A DNA stretch of 64,000 nt from Nitrospirota bacterium (GCA_963796285.1 CAWCKW010000003.1:32001-96000), one strand, 5' to 3'; shown: positions 10,260-20,033, counted from the first letter of the stretch. Notes: generated by a model not told the origin, from the letters alone. Translations and numbers: made by a program.

Positions 10260-11423
10260 TTATATCGCGGCCGCGAGCGCAAGTTCGTGGCTGTGCTTCT
10301 TCAGCTTCAGCCGGATCATGCCGAGGTTCGCTTCCCGGTCGGCGACGATCACCAGAAACGCGTCCTCGCCGATCGGCGAGAACATGACCGGGCCCTTCTC
10401 GAACTCGATCATGTTGATATGCATGGCGCCTTTGTCGAGCTGTCTCCCCATGGACGAGGACGCGCCGAAGCCGCTCGAGGCGATCGCGCCGATCATTTCC
10501 CGGTCGATGCCGCTCCGCGCGATGCTGTCGAGCAGAAACCCGTCGCGCGCGACGAGGCAGACGGCTTCGATGTTCTGCATCTTCGCCAGCTCGCTCAATA
10601 TTTCCCGTGTCGTTGCCATATGCTCCTCCTTAGTTGATGCCGCTACCGCGGCTTTGTGCTCTTCATGCTCCATGCTCCGTATCTCCGCCTTCGGCGCTTC
10701 GGCCTGGGGGGCCGGCGCGGGCGCGGAATCCGGCTGACGGTCGCCGGAAGCTTTGTTCCGCTCATCCCACACACGGAAACCTTCAAGCAGAATATAACCC
10801 AACGTAGACTTGATGTTTCTGTCTTTTATGGTACAGACGCTCTCAATCTCGATGGCGGCGTCGTCCCAGCAGACGATGTCGAGCGCGGCCTTCTCATGAG
10901 CATCCAGGCCATTGACGGCGTCCATCAGCACGCCTTCCAGAAAATACAAGGACCCTTCTCGTCCGCGCGACGAGATCCTGAGCGTGCAGGTCTTCTTCTC
11001 CATCTCAACGAGCTGAATAAATGCCGGCAGCGTTATCCCCTTGATGTAGCCCCTCGCTACCGCCTGAAGTTCGGAGAAAATTGCTTCGACAAAATCCTGA
11101 AATTCTATCGGCTTTTCCAGGATCTTGAAGTTACCGATGCTCTTCAGGCGGGACTTGATATCGGGCGTACCATATGCGCTCACGACGATCGCCGGGATGC
11201 CGGGATAATTTTTTGTCATGTGAGCCAGGAGGCCAAATCCGTCCAGTTCCGGCATCTTCAGATCGGTCACGACCAGGTCGATATTGTGCGTTTTGAGTAC
11301 GTCCAGCGCAACCCTGCCGTTCGGAGCTGACAGAGTATTAAAGTCGGACGCATACGCTTCCAGCCCTTGCAGCAGGCTGAGCAGGTAGGACTTTTCGTCA
11401 TCCACGATCAGCACATTTTTCAT
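10260..11423 (-). CDS. Response regulator: REC + DUF4388/PATAN-like + Roadblock/LC7 domain (copy 1)
   Basis: MKNVLIVDD..TDLKMP..EKP, then LPAFIQLVEMEKKTCTL..GSLYF..GVLMDA, then a Roadblock C-terminus. Start is 11423 or 11441. Confidence 0.88.
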   Translation of the reverse strand: MKNVLIVDDEKSYLLSLLQGLEAYASDFNTLSAPNGRVALDVLKTHNIDLVVTDLKMPELDGFGLLAHMTKNYPGIPAIVVSAYGTPDIKSRLKSIGNFKILEKPIEFQDFVEAIFSELQAVARGYIKGITLPAFIQLVEMEKKTCTLRISSRGREGSLYFLEGVLMDAVNGLDAHEKAALDIVCWDDAAIEIESVCTIKDRNIKSTLGYILLEGFRVWDERNKASGDRQPDSAPAPAPQAEAPKAEIRSMEHEEHKAAVAASTKEEHMATTREILSELAKMQNIEAVCLVARDGFLLDSIARSGIDREMIGAIASSGFGASSSMGRQLDKGAMHINMIEFEKGPVMFSPIGEDAFLVIVADREANLGMIRLKLKKHSHELALAAAI

Positions 11424-11455
11424 TGAACCGTTCTTTCCCATAGTATTTATTCATA

Positions 11456-11471
11456 TGCAATGGTCATGCCA
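11456..11471 (-). promoter_or_regulatory. Sigma54 (-24/-12) promoter
   Basis: TGGCATGACCATTGCA on the minus strand matches TGGCAC-N5-TTGCW, directly upstream of the REC-Roadblock operon. Confidence 0.85.
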
Positions 11472-11688
11472 GTGATAAGTCATGCGCCACAAGCTTGACG
11501 CGCGAATGAGGACCATCGATAAATCAATGAGTTTGGTCTTATGAAGGTCCTGAGTGATGTTGTTTGGGAGAGGCGTAAAGATAGGTTAGTCTGAATAATT
11601 CAAAATGCTATAGCAGTTTAAACAACGAAATACCGGGTCTCGCACTGCTCCAGCCGGCTAAATGGTCCAATAAATGAAGACCGCGACA

Positions 11689-13062
11689 TCAATCGATCCG
11701 ATATTTTTTCAGCTTCCGTTTCAGCGTGGTCAGGGATATACCCACGGCGCGCGCAGCGCGGCTGAAATTGCCGCCATGCTCTTCAAGCGCGGCAAGGATG
11801 TGCCGCTTCTCCACCTCGTCCATGGTCTTGAGCGGACCCGGCGCTGCCGTTGCGGATGGCATCGTGCGCCCCCGGGGAGGCGGGGGACCCTTCACAACAG
11901 ATGACCTGAGAAATTCGGACGGCCGCAGGTCCGCTCCTTGCTGCAGGATGATGGCGCGCTCGATCACATTCCTGAGTTCCCGGACATTGCCGGGCCAGTC
12001 ATACTGCGCAAGCTTGGCAAGCTCGCCGTCTGCGAGGCGCACGCCCTTGCCCTTCGTTGTTCTGCTGATCAGGAAGCCGCAGAGCTCTGCGAGATCGTCC
12101 TTTCGTTCACGCAGAGGAGGCAGGTGCATCTTGATCACGCTCAGCCGGTAGAAAAGGTCCTCGCGGAATTTTCTCTCCCGGATCCCCTTCTCGATGTCCA
12201 CACTGGTCGCGGCGATGACCCTGACCCGGGCATGAAGGAGCGTCGTGCCGCCGAGCCGCCTGAACGTGCCGTCATCGAGCACGCCTAATAGCTTTGACTG
12301 GAGCGAAACAGGCAGTTCGCCGATCTCATCCAGGAACAAGGTCCCGCCCTCAGCCACCTCGAACAGGCCTTTCTTCATGCCGACAGCGCCGCTGAAGGCC
12401 CCCTTTTCATGGCCGAACAGTTCCGCCTCGATAAGATTTTCAGGAAGCGCCGCGCAATTGATGCCGATGAACGGCGCATGTCTCAGGGGACCGCGAAAAT
12501 GCACCGATCGCGCTGCAACGTTCTTTCCTGTCCCCGTCTCTCCGGTTATGAGCACCGGCGCGTCCGCTGTTGCGGCCAGGTCGATCAGGCGGAGGATTTC
12601 CCGGATCCCGGAGCTCTGCCCCACGAGGACGTTTTCGGCGCTTTCCACGTCGGAGCGGTAATTCTGGAACTGCTCCACTTTTTCCAGGTCAAGCGTCCGC
12701 AGCGCCTGCTTCAGGACCAGGTCGAGTTCCTCCAGTTCGAACGGCTTCGACAGATAGTCGAACGCGCCGGCCCGGACCGCCTTGACCGCGTTCTCAAAGC
12801 TCGGAAATGCGGTCGTAAAGATGATCTTGGTCTGGCTGTTGCGCTCCAGAATGGACGCGCAGAGCTCGGCGCCTTCGACGTCCGGCAGTTTCTGATCAAG
12901 CAGCACGATGTCGATCTGGGTCGACGAGCAGAGGTCGAGGCAGTCCTTGCCGGTGTGCGCAAGGTAGACTTCGATCCCGTCCGTCCGCATGTAATCCCGA
13001 ACGGAGAACGCGAAGTTCCTGTCGTCATCCACGATCAAAAGGTTGGTCTTCGCCTTATGCAT
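11689..13062 (-). CDS. Sigma54-dependent NtrC-family response regulator (REC-AAA+-Fis HTH)
   Basis: GETGTGK, ELFGHEKGAFSGA, LFLDEIGE, WPGNVREL, C-terminal HTH. Confidence 0.95.
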   Translation of the reverse strand: MHKAKTNLLIVDDDRNFAFSVRDYMRTDGIEVYLAHTGKDCLDLCSSTQIDIVLLDQKLPDVEGAELCASILERNSQTKIIFTTAFPSFENAVKAVRAGAFDYLSKPFELEELDLVLKQALRTLDLEKVEQFQNYRSDVESAENVLVGQSSGIREILRLIDLAATADAPVLITGETGTGKNVAARSVHFRGPLRHAPFIGINCAALPENLIEAELFGHEKGAFSGAVGMKKGLFEVAEGGTLFLDEIGELPVSLQSKLLGVLDDGTFRRLGGTTLLHARVRVIAATSVDIEKGIRERKFREDLFYRLSVIKMHLPPLRERKDDLAELCGFLISRTTKGKGVRLADGELAKLAQYDWPGNVRELRNVIERAIILQQGADLRPSEFLRSSVVKGPPPPRGRTMPSATAAPGPLKTMDEVEKRHILAALEEHGGNFSRAARAVGISLTTLKRKLKKYRID

Positions 13063-14140
13063 GCCGGTTCTCGCCCGCGGGCAGGGTCATGGTGACTGTT
13101 GTCCCCGCGTTTTCCCGGCTCCCGATCTCTATCGTGCCGTCCATCTTCAGAAGCATTTTTTTCACAATGACCAGCCCCAGGCCGGTCCCGTGGCTCTTCG
13201 TTGTGGAGAATGGCTGAAACAGGTGCTTCTGCTGCTCTTTAGGGATCCCCCTGCCGTTGTCCATGACCGTGATTGCGATCCGGTCCCCGGAGCGGGACGC
13301 GGCGATGCCGATCACCGGATCAGCGATGCCGTCAAGCGCGTCAAAAGCGTTCGTCAGGAGGTTCAGCATGACATGCTGGAGAACGCGCGCATCGAAAAAA
13401 CCGTACTCCACATCCTGGGTGAATGCCGTATCGATCCGGATGTTCCTGGCGCTGAAATCCCGCTTCACAATGGAGAGGAGGTTCTCCATGAACGACACCA
13501 GAGGTACCTCGCTGCATTCCGGATTCTCATACATGCTGAAGTTCTTCAGGTCCTTCAGGAGCACCTCCACGCGGGTAATATCGGAAAGCACGCGGTCGAT
13601 GAATTCGCCTATCAACTCCCTGGAGTAGGTATTCAGGTTTTTTTTGCATACGGTCACCGTCGTTTTTATGGAATTGATCGGGTTGCCCAGCTCGTGACGG
13701 ATGCCGGAAAAGATATAGCCGAGGTTGTTCATGGTATTGACCGCTTCCGCGATGGCATTGAGCCGTGTTTTTTCGGTTATATCCGAAAGATAGATCCAGA
13801 GATAAGAGTCGGAAATGACATAGATGGAATATCCGATGAACTTGCGGCCATGCCGTATGGTAAGCGGTCCCAGGGTTTGTGCATAGGTGATCGGCATTTT
13901 TATGTTGGAAATAAGGACCGAGGCGAGCGCTTTGTAGTCTTTGGGTTTTATTGTATCACGGAAGACGTCAATGGCAAGCTTGTTCTGAAAAAAAACCTCC
14001 TGTTTCACGATATCGAATCCGATGATCCCGATGCTGATATCATCGAGGATATTGGCGTAGATGCACTCTCCCAGACAGGGGGTCTTGCTGATCGGACAAG
14101 TCCGGCCGTCCTGCCGGTGAAAACAGGTATCCGTGATCAT
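13055..14140 (-). CDS. Soluble sensor histidine kinase with an N-terminal Cys4 motif
   Basis: RHELGNP H-box, NLLTNAFDA, DNGRGI, GTGLGL. No TM segments. Overlaps the regulator start. Confidence 0.92.
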   Translation of the reverse strand: MITDTCFHRQDGRTCPISKTPCLGECIYANILDDISIGIIGFDIVKQEVFFQNKLAIDVFRDTIKPKDYKALASVLISNIKMPITYAQTLGPLTIRHGRKFIGYSIYVISDSYLWIYLSDITEKTRLNAIAEAVNTMNNLGYIFSGIRHELGNPINSIKTTVTVCKKNLNTYSRELIGEFIDRVLSDITRVEVLLKDLKNFSMYENPECSEVPLVSFMENLLSIVKRDFSARNIRIDTAFTQDVEYGFFDARVLQHVMLNLLTNAFDALDGIADPVIGIAASRSGDRIAITVMDNGRGIPKEQQKHLFQPFSTTKSHGTGLGLVIVKKMLLKMDGTIEIGSRENAGTTVTMTLPAGENRHA

Positions 14141-14322
14141 AAGCTCTCCTTATGCTCTGCGTCTGCCGTACGAACGATTACTTCAGCGCGGAATCCATTC
14201 CGCGAGTAACCTCGTTGTTGATGAACCTGCGGATGATCTCTCCCACTCGGAGAAGCCTTCAGGAAGTGTGCGACCCCTGCGGGGCAGGTCACCTTTTTTT
14301 GCTCATCATGAACAGGCCTTCT

Positions 14323-14634
14323 TCAATTGCCGCGAACTTTGAACAGGACCGCGCTGATCTTATCCATGCGGACCACGGCATCATAGAAGTCTCTGCCGGA
14401 GACCTTCGAGATATGCACGAGGCTGTCCCCGATCTTGCTGACCGTGCCTTCCAGCGTATCGCCGGTATCCATGCGCACGATCACCCTCTTGTTGATATTT
14501 TCCGACAGTATGTCCTTGACCGTTGCCGCCGCGGACTTCATTTCGTACTTCTGTTCATCGGCAAAAACGTTGGGAGCATGCACCGCCATACCGCTCACCA
14601 TAAGCACTGCAACACACAGAATATTTTTTATCAT
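14323..14634 (-). CDS. Small secreted hypothetical protein
   Basis: Signal peptide MIKNILCV...VFA, GAGGGG RBS, beta-rich mature domain. Confidence 0.7.
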   Translation of the reverse strand: MIKNILCVAVLMVSGMAVHAPNVFADEQKYEMKSAAATVKDILSENINKRVIVRMDTGDTLEGTVSKIGDSLVHISKVSGRDFYDAVVRMDKISAVLFKVRGN

Positions 14635-14679
14635 GAAGATCCCCTCCTCGAAATGTGGTCGTTGATCTGCTCGACCTCC

Positions 14680-14980
14680 TGCTGTTGAGAACGCTCGAGA
14701 GCATGGCAACACCTTGCTCTGTAAAAGCGAAAGGAAGCGCGCCACCGAAGAATTTCTTGTGTGGTATCACAGTCTGTGATACCAGCACTTCGGCCTCGGC
14801 AGCGGTCAACGGGAACATGAAATCCTCCGCGAATCTCTCCTCATTCCTCTTAACCGCCTGGTTCAATGCTCTCGTTTCAACACCATAGAGTTCGGCGAGG
14901 TGTGGACTCAGAATAACCTTCTGACCGCGAATAATCAGTATCCTCCGTTCAATTGCTTCAATCGCCATAATTACCTTCAT
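14680..14980 (-). pseudogene. Truncated ORF6N (KilA-N-like) DNA-binding protein
   Basis: RGQKVIL..LAELYGVETRALNQAVKRN..RF..DFMF...FTEQGVAMLSSVLNS. Homology stops where the usual C-terminal helix should start. Confidence 0.75.
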
Positions 14981-15092
14981 CCGATCTCCTTTTTCAAGGA
15001 CCCCGTAGCATAAATTAAGAAGTAAGAAAGGAAAAGTAAGGGAGCCGTTAGGTTCTTACGGCCTGACCTTGAGAATATCACACGCGCTCCTT

Positions 15093-15437
15093 TTAAGGTC
15101 TTACAGCGCTGCATTGTTCGTTTATTGGCATTCCCGTATTTGATACGACTTGAATACACCGATCGTCCCAAAGTTCCAGCATCGCGAAGTCCTTTATGTT
15201 CGTGACTTCAAGACGCGGCAAACCGTGCTTTTCAAGCCAATCATGGATAAACGGGATTTGTTCCGGCACGCCTGCCCGTGCTGTGAAGATCTTAACAATA
15301 ACACCTTGTGATACCCATGCGTTGACACGGGCCATCATGGGCTGAATAGGCTCTCCGATATGCTCAATGCCTTTCCATTCGTCATAATGAGCAAGCGTCC
15401 CGTCCAGATCAACACCGACCCAGTTATTGTTTGACAT
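15093..15437 (-). CDS. Small HAD-superfamily hydrolase (phage-like)
   Basis: GVDLDGTLA, IFTAR, WDDR motifs. Confidence 0.8.
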   Translation of the reverse strand: MSNNNWVGVDLDGTLAHYDEWKGIEHIGEPIQPMMARVNAWVSQGVIVKIFTARAGVPEQIPFIHDWLEKHGLPRLEVTNIKDFAMLELWDDRCIQVVSNTGMPINEQCSAVRP

Positions 15438-15919
15438 TCAATCTCTCCTGTTCTTAAACAATACTTCACGGCTGCTATTATGTCCGTCTTACAAATTCTA
15501 TTTCGCGAAAGGGTGAAACTGATCGGCCGACAGCAGGAAGAATATAACAGAATGCGCTAAATAGCAAGCAGAGTTGATTGGTTCAGGGGTCAGGGGTCAG
15601 GGGGATGCAGTGCGGAATTCGGAATGCGGATTTCGGAATGGAAACATCTGCGTGCTCCGCGGTGAACATCTTGTTACACAACAAGAAAGAGAACCAGGGA
15701 ATCGCACAAACATGGTCGAGCAGCAATACAACCTTCGTCGTAGATATGCCCTGAGCAGCCGCTTCCTGTCCCCTTTTTCCCTCTTAATGCTGATATCCTG
15801 TTGTTCTCTCCCGTTTCCCGGTACGAGTGCTATACTATCAGTATGAACACGTGAAAGCAGGCGTGAAGCAGGGTTCTCAACCCTTTTGAGAATAGTGACG
15901 GAAGAAAGGAGTAATAATT

Positions 15920-16447
15920 ATGAAAGAGGAACTCACAAATAGGAAAGGCTCGATCCTGACGACGGTTCTGGTGGGCGGTGCCGTGGGGGCCGGGTTAGCG
16001 CTCGTGCTGGCGCCGAAATCGGGAAGTGAGATCAGGAAAGACCTGAAGCGGGTCGCCAACCGGTTCACACATGCCGTTGATATCGGCAAGGACCTCTACG
16101 GAGAGGGCAGAGAGTTTGTCGGCAAAGCCGTTGAAGCCGGCAAGAAGGCCTACGTGGAGGAAAAGCCCCTTGAGCCCATAATCAGTGAGAGGGGCTCACT
16201 CGTGGTACCGATCCTGGCGGGCGGTATCATCGGGGCAGGCATTGCGCTCCTGCTGGCGCCGAAGTCGGGAAGCGAGACCAGGGCTGACCTGAAGCAGTTC
16301 GCATCGACCACACGGGAAAAGGTTGGGTCCGCCATTGATAAGGGCAAGGACCTCTACGTGGCAGGCAAAGGCGCGATCACGGAGGCCGTGGTAGCAGGCA
16401 AGAAAGCGTACATCGAAGAGAAGGAGGAAATTTTGCGTGCAATGTAG
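15920..16447 (+). CDS. YtxH-domain protein (two tandem YtxH repeats)
   Basis: GG..GAG.AL.LAPKSGSE.R.DLK occurs twice. Confidence 0.9.
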   Translation: MKEELTNRKGSILTTVLVGGAVGAGLALVLAPKSGSEIRKDLKRVANRFTHAVDIGKDLYGEGREFVGKAVEAGKKAYVEEKPLEPIISERGSLVVPILAGGIIGAGIALLLAPKSGSETRADLKQFASTTREKVGSAIDKGKDLYVAGKGAITEAVVAGKKAYIEEKEEILRAM

Positions 16448-16726
16448 CAACAGGCGGTTCCGGGAGTGCGCTCGGAGGGTGATGCTTATGCCCCCTGAGT
16501 GCATTTCAGGGACGTGGCTTCCTTCGTTGCATAACGCTTATTCGACCACTCGCTCCAGACTCAATAGGTCTTTACTCAAGACATCCCCCGCTTCCCGCCC
16601 GTCCGATACACTACCCGGCTCTCATTCACCCCGTTAGAATTTGGAAACGCTTCAATCGTTTTATAAATATCTTTTGCCCATGCCTGTCTTTAGATATTTT
16701 TCACGTGCCGTAGCATCTTGTTCATG

Positions 16727-17527
16727 CTATAACTGTTCCGCTCGCCGGATCACCCAGAAGTCGTCCGACAGGTTCCTGTCCGCTAGGTACGCGTAGGGGA
16801 TCGTAAAATAGCCCTTCATACCCCAGTCCGTTCCCCAGGAATTTCTGACGATGAACCGTTTTTTTGAGTCATTGTATCCCACGGCCAATACCGCGTGGCC
16901 GCCCACCACGCGCTCGGCGGACTTCGGCATCGGCACGACGCCGGTCCGTGCGACCTGCTGCGTTTCGAAGCTTTCATACACCGTGAATCCGAACACAAAG
17001 GGATAACCTTCGGCAAGACAGGCGCGCATCTGATCGACGGTCAGGAGGCGCTGGTATGAAATGATCTGGTGCCACAGCCCTTCCTTGTAGCAAGCGGGGC
17101 CCGGCTTGACGGCGAACTTCGCTATCACATAGGGCCATTTCCCCTCGGAACAGACCCCCTGGTGTTTCAGCGTCTTGATGCCGTCCCGGATCATCGCGCC
17201 TGAATCGGATCTCACGGAATGCTCGATAACGCGCTCGTTATAATAAATGAAAAGCCTGCTCAGATCTACAAAGCGGATGTTGTCTTTCTTTTCCAGGAAT
17301 TCCAGCGAGCCCGCCAGGGCATTCCCCGTGCAACTGCCGAGGTCCCCCTGGTTTTCCACGGGCGGGCACTGCTGTCTCAGATCGATCGCGGATGGGAGTA
17401 TCGCGGGCACCATATGCACCGCGCCGTACAGGTGATCTCGCTGGTCCGGTAAATCCGGCATCCAGCCGTAGCGGCGTTTTTTGGCATTGCCCTTTTTTGC
17501 CTTACTTGTCTTCTTTTTCACTACCAT
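16727..17527 (-). CDS. Papain-like C1A cysteine peptidase (xylellain-like)
   Basis: YGWMPDLPD, QGDLGSCT, GGHAVLAVGY, RNSWG. Confidence 0.95.
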   Translation of the reverse strand: MVVKKKTSKAKKGNAKKRRYGWMPDLPDQRDHLYGAVHMVPAILPSAIDLRQQCPPVENQGDLGSCTGNALAGSLEFLEKKDNIRFVDLSRLFIYYNERVIEHSVRSDSGAMIRDGIKTLKHQGVCSEGKWPYVIAKFAVKPGPACYKEGLWHQIISYQRLLTVDQMRACLAEGYPFVFGFTVYESFETQQVARTGVVPMPKSAERVVGGHAVLAVGYNDSKKRFIVRNSWGTDWGMKGYFTIPYAYLADRNLSDDFWVIRRAEQL

Positions 17528-17631
17528 ATCATCTCCTCCTTGGGTCGCTGTTCAGATTTTTAAAACCCACCACAGAGAACTCAGAGAAACGTATTTGATC
17601 TTAGTAAGTTCTGTCTTTCCAGTCGCGCGCT

Positions 17632-19110
17632 TCAGAAACCCCCGCATACCTCGTCGATTAACTTCGCGTCAATCACCACCCGCAGCGGCTGCCATGACGG
17701 ATCGAGACGTTTCATCCCGGCAACGAAATCATCGGAGTTCATGAGAAGATACCCTGCTGCCGCGCGAAGAAGATCGATGGTTTTTTCAGGCAGAGAGAAT
17801 GACGTTGGAAGCGCCTGCAGGCATCGGCGCAGGCGCGGATCGGGGATATCGTCGAAGGTCAACTCGGCAAAGGTAAAATCAGTGGTAAGCGGATTATTGA
17901 TCTGCGCTGCATTGGGGCAATTCTGCGCAAGGCGCTTGTTGCAGGAATCAACCGTGTGGGCCAGCTGCTTCATCTGTTTAAAATGTCCATCGGTCATTTC
18001 GAGGCTGTCATAGGAAACGTCATCCATCGGTCCATTCATGATCACATCGAGGACAGCGCCGATACCGGGAGGTGAACTCCTGGCATCCCAGGTCCCCTGC
18101 TTGGTAGTCTTGGCATTGACCGCTATAACCATCAGTCTCCCCAGTTGCCCCAGATTAGCGGCTTTCAGTATGCTCCAGGCGCTGTCGGTGGTGGTTATTG
18201 CCTGAAACGGTCCCCGCAGGCCCAGGTTGTCAGATATGCCGCCGTCCAGGAGGTGGGCAAAGCGACGATCAGGGTCGCGGTACGATTGCGCGGCAAAGGC
18301 TTCGGAAACCCGGCGCTTTGGGTTTTTCTCCCGGTCCAGGCCAAGTTCAACCCACAGGGGAAGCGGTCCGCACTGCTCCTTATAAATGTCCACGGTAAGA
18401 GGGGCGAACGCAACTGGAAAATTCGAAGAAGCAGCCACGGCCCGGGAAAGGTTCACGCCGGAGAGATCCGAGCAAAGCAGGTCGAATTGGTCCTGGGTGA
18501 ACTCGAAGCGGTGGGCAACGCTTATGTCGGTGGCATTCAGCACCAGAAACGGCACGCTCCCTTTGGGCTTCTTGAGCAGGTCACCAAATGTTTTCCCCTC
18601 GAAAATCGTGTTGTTGTAATATTCATCTGCCAGGTCTATTCGGCTGAAGTCCGGCGAGGCAAGCCTTATCCAATTATAAGGATTGAACAGCCTCACAAGA
18701 AGCCCGCTCTGAATGTTTCGCTTGAGGAATTGGTCAGGGAAATCGCTGAAAAATCGTTCGGGAAAGAGGGCGTAGTACGTAGAGGTGAAGCTCCCGCCGG
18801 AAACCGACGAGATGATCTCCACATCGTCGAGGAGACGCCGCTTCGAGCCGTCATGAGAAGTGTATTCCACTAGCCTGAGTTCTTCCATCAATCCGAAGGA
18901 AAAGGCCGCGGCGCGCGTTCCGCCTCCGGAAAACGCCAGAAGAACGAAAGGCCTGTCGCTCGCAGGCTGCCGGCGCACGACGCTGTAGCGGTAACCGGCA
19001 TCCGGTGAAATGGCATCAAGGCGAGGGTTATCTGGATAATGAGCGCACCCGCCAATGATCATTGCCACAACTATGGAAAGGCGCTTCAGACCACAGCTTT
19101 TTTTCTGCAC
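17632..19110 (-). CDS. Patatin-like phospholipase, probable lipoprotein
   Basis: SGGGTRAA, SVSGGS, DGGISDN motifs. IIGGC lipobox-like sequence. Confidence 0.88.
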   Translation of the reverse strand: MQKKSCGLKRLSIVVAMIIGGCAHYPDNPRLDAISPDAGYRYSVVRRQPASDRPFVLLAFSGGGTRAAAFSFGLMEELRLVEYTSHDGSKRRLLDDVEIISSVSGGSFTSTYYALFPERFFSDFPDQFLKRNIQSGLLVRLFNPYNWIRLASPDFSRIDLADEYYNNTIFEGKTFGDLLKKPKGSVPFLVLNATDISVAHRFEFTQDQFDLLCSDLSGVNLSRAVAASSNFPVAFAPLTVDIYKEQCGPLPLWVELGLDREKNPKRRVSEAFAAQSYRDPDRRFAHLLDGGISDNLGLRGPFQAITTTDSAWSILKAANLGQLGRLMVIAVNAKTTKQGTWDARSSPPGIGAVLDVIMNGPMDDVSYDSLEMTDGHFKQMKQLAHTVDSCNKRLAQNCPNAAQINNPLTTDFTFAELTFDDIPDPRLRRCLQALPTSFSLPEKTIDLLRAAAGYLLMNSDDFVAGMKRLDPSWQPLRVVIDAKLIDEVCGGF

Positions 19111-19337
19111 TTGAACGCTACCTCCACGGGTGAAATCGGGTCGGTATCATTTATTTCGATCTTGACCTGTCGTGGAGTACATTTTTTCTTGTCAGGGCAC
19201 TGTAAGGCAATGGTGTGCAGGCCAGCGTCGCATTGTTTAGTCAGCAGGTTGCCGGCGCTGTCCTTGGTAGGACCCTGGTCGCTGCCATCGAGAATCACTC
19301 GTCCTATTACAGTGCAGCGGCATAGAAAGAACTCCAT
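19086..19337 (-). CDS. Small Cys-rich hypothetical protein
   Basis: AGGAGG RBS before ATG 19337. Overlaps the patatin start. Confidence 0.6.
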   Translation of the reverse strand: MEFFLCRCTVIGRVILDGSDQGPTKDSAGNLLTKQCDAGLHTIALQCPDKKKCTPRQVKIEINDTDPISPVEVAFKCRKKAVV

Positions 19338-19413
19338 TGAGAACCTCCTGTGCAATAGTGCATCGGACTCTTATGACATTTAAGGGCATTTCCTAGTGAT
19401 TCCAACCCGAGCG

Positions 19414-19480
19414 GCTCGAAGACATCGGGATCGGGGAGGTTGTCAATTTCTTCAAAGAATAAGTCCTTGAGCCAGCAGAA
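19414..19480 (-). pseudogene. Fragment resembling the C-terminus of a type I R-M HsdM
   Basis: Translates to FCWLKDLFFEEIDNLPDPDV, similar to the HsdM C-terminal WLKDxSLEDxDNLPDPDV. Confidence 0.5.
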
Positions 19481-19750
19481 CCGCCCTCAGGACCCAGTTT
19501 GGGGCCTTTGTTGCACCCGTTGCGTACCGCCCGGTTACGCTCGTTGCTAATGCCGAGAATTTTCCTTTGAAAGGCTGAAAGGTCGCTCATGGTTCTCCGG
19601 GATGTTGACTGTCTGGAAGGGATGCCACATAGTGATACTGACCGATTGAACAGTAAGAAGAATATAATAGAATTCGCTAAATTGCAAGCAGAGAGGTGGT
19701 TGGTGTCCAGAAAAGAGGTGAGAGATTGCCGGTGTATGCGACAACGACGA

Positions 19751-19907
19751 AAAAAAAGCCCCTCATCTTCAAGGGGCTTTTGCACTTCATTTAACTTTGT
19801 TGGATGGTGAAATGGGGCGGCGGACATCAAACAGATTGTCCAACCTCATGGAATCATTTCAGTATTTTCAATGCTATTTTTCGACTTACCCCTAAAGCTA
19901 CCCCAAA
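19751..19907 (-). mobile_element. Displaced tmRNA 3'-end/terminator copy (att relic) with integrase arm-like repeats
   Basis: Copy of 22662..22750, followed by taccccTaaagctacccc direct repeats. Confidence 0.75.
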
Positions 19908-20033
19908 ACATTCTATTTGCCGTACCAATAATCGAAGTTATTAGTGCCCCATCAGGGCGATAAAAAAAAGAAGCCACTGCACTCTCAAGTGGATGCAACC
20001 GCAGCGTAGTTTACACGGCACGGGAAACCGCTA

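Larger units (their letters stand above)
9443..10722. repeat. Direct repeat unit (~1.28 kb), paired with 7402..8681
   Basis: Sequence identity at a 2041-bp offset. Confidence 0.95.

Noticed and set aside
14150-14310. Possible riboswitch upstream of the histidine kinase
   Set aside because: Small hairpins are present, but I cannot recognise a c-di-GMP or other aptamer consensus.
14555-15437. Prophage (ORF6N plus phage-like HAD)
   Set aside because: There are no structural, replication or integrase genes, and ORF6N is truncated.
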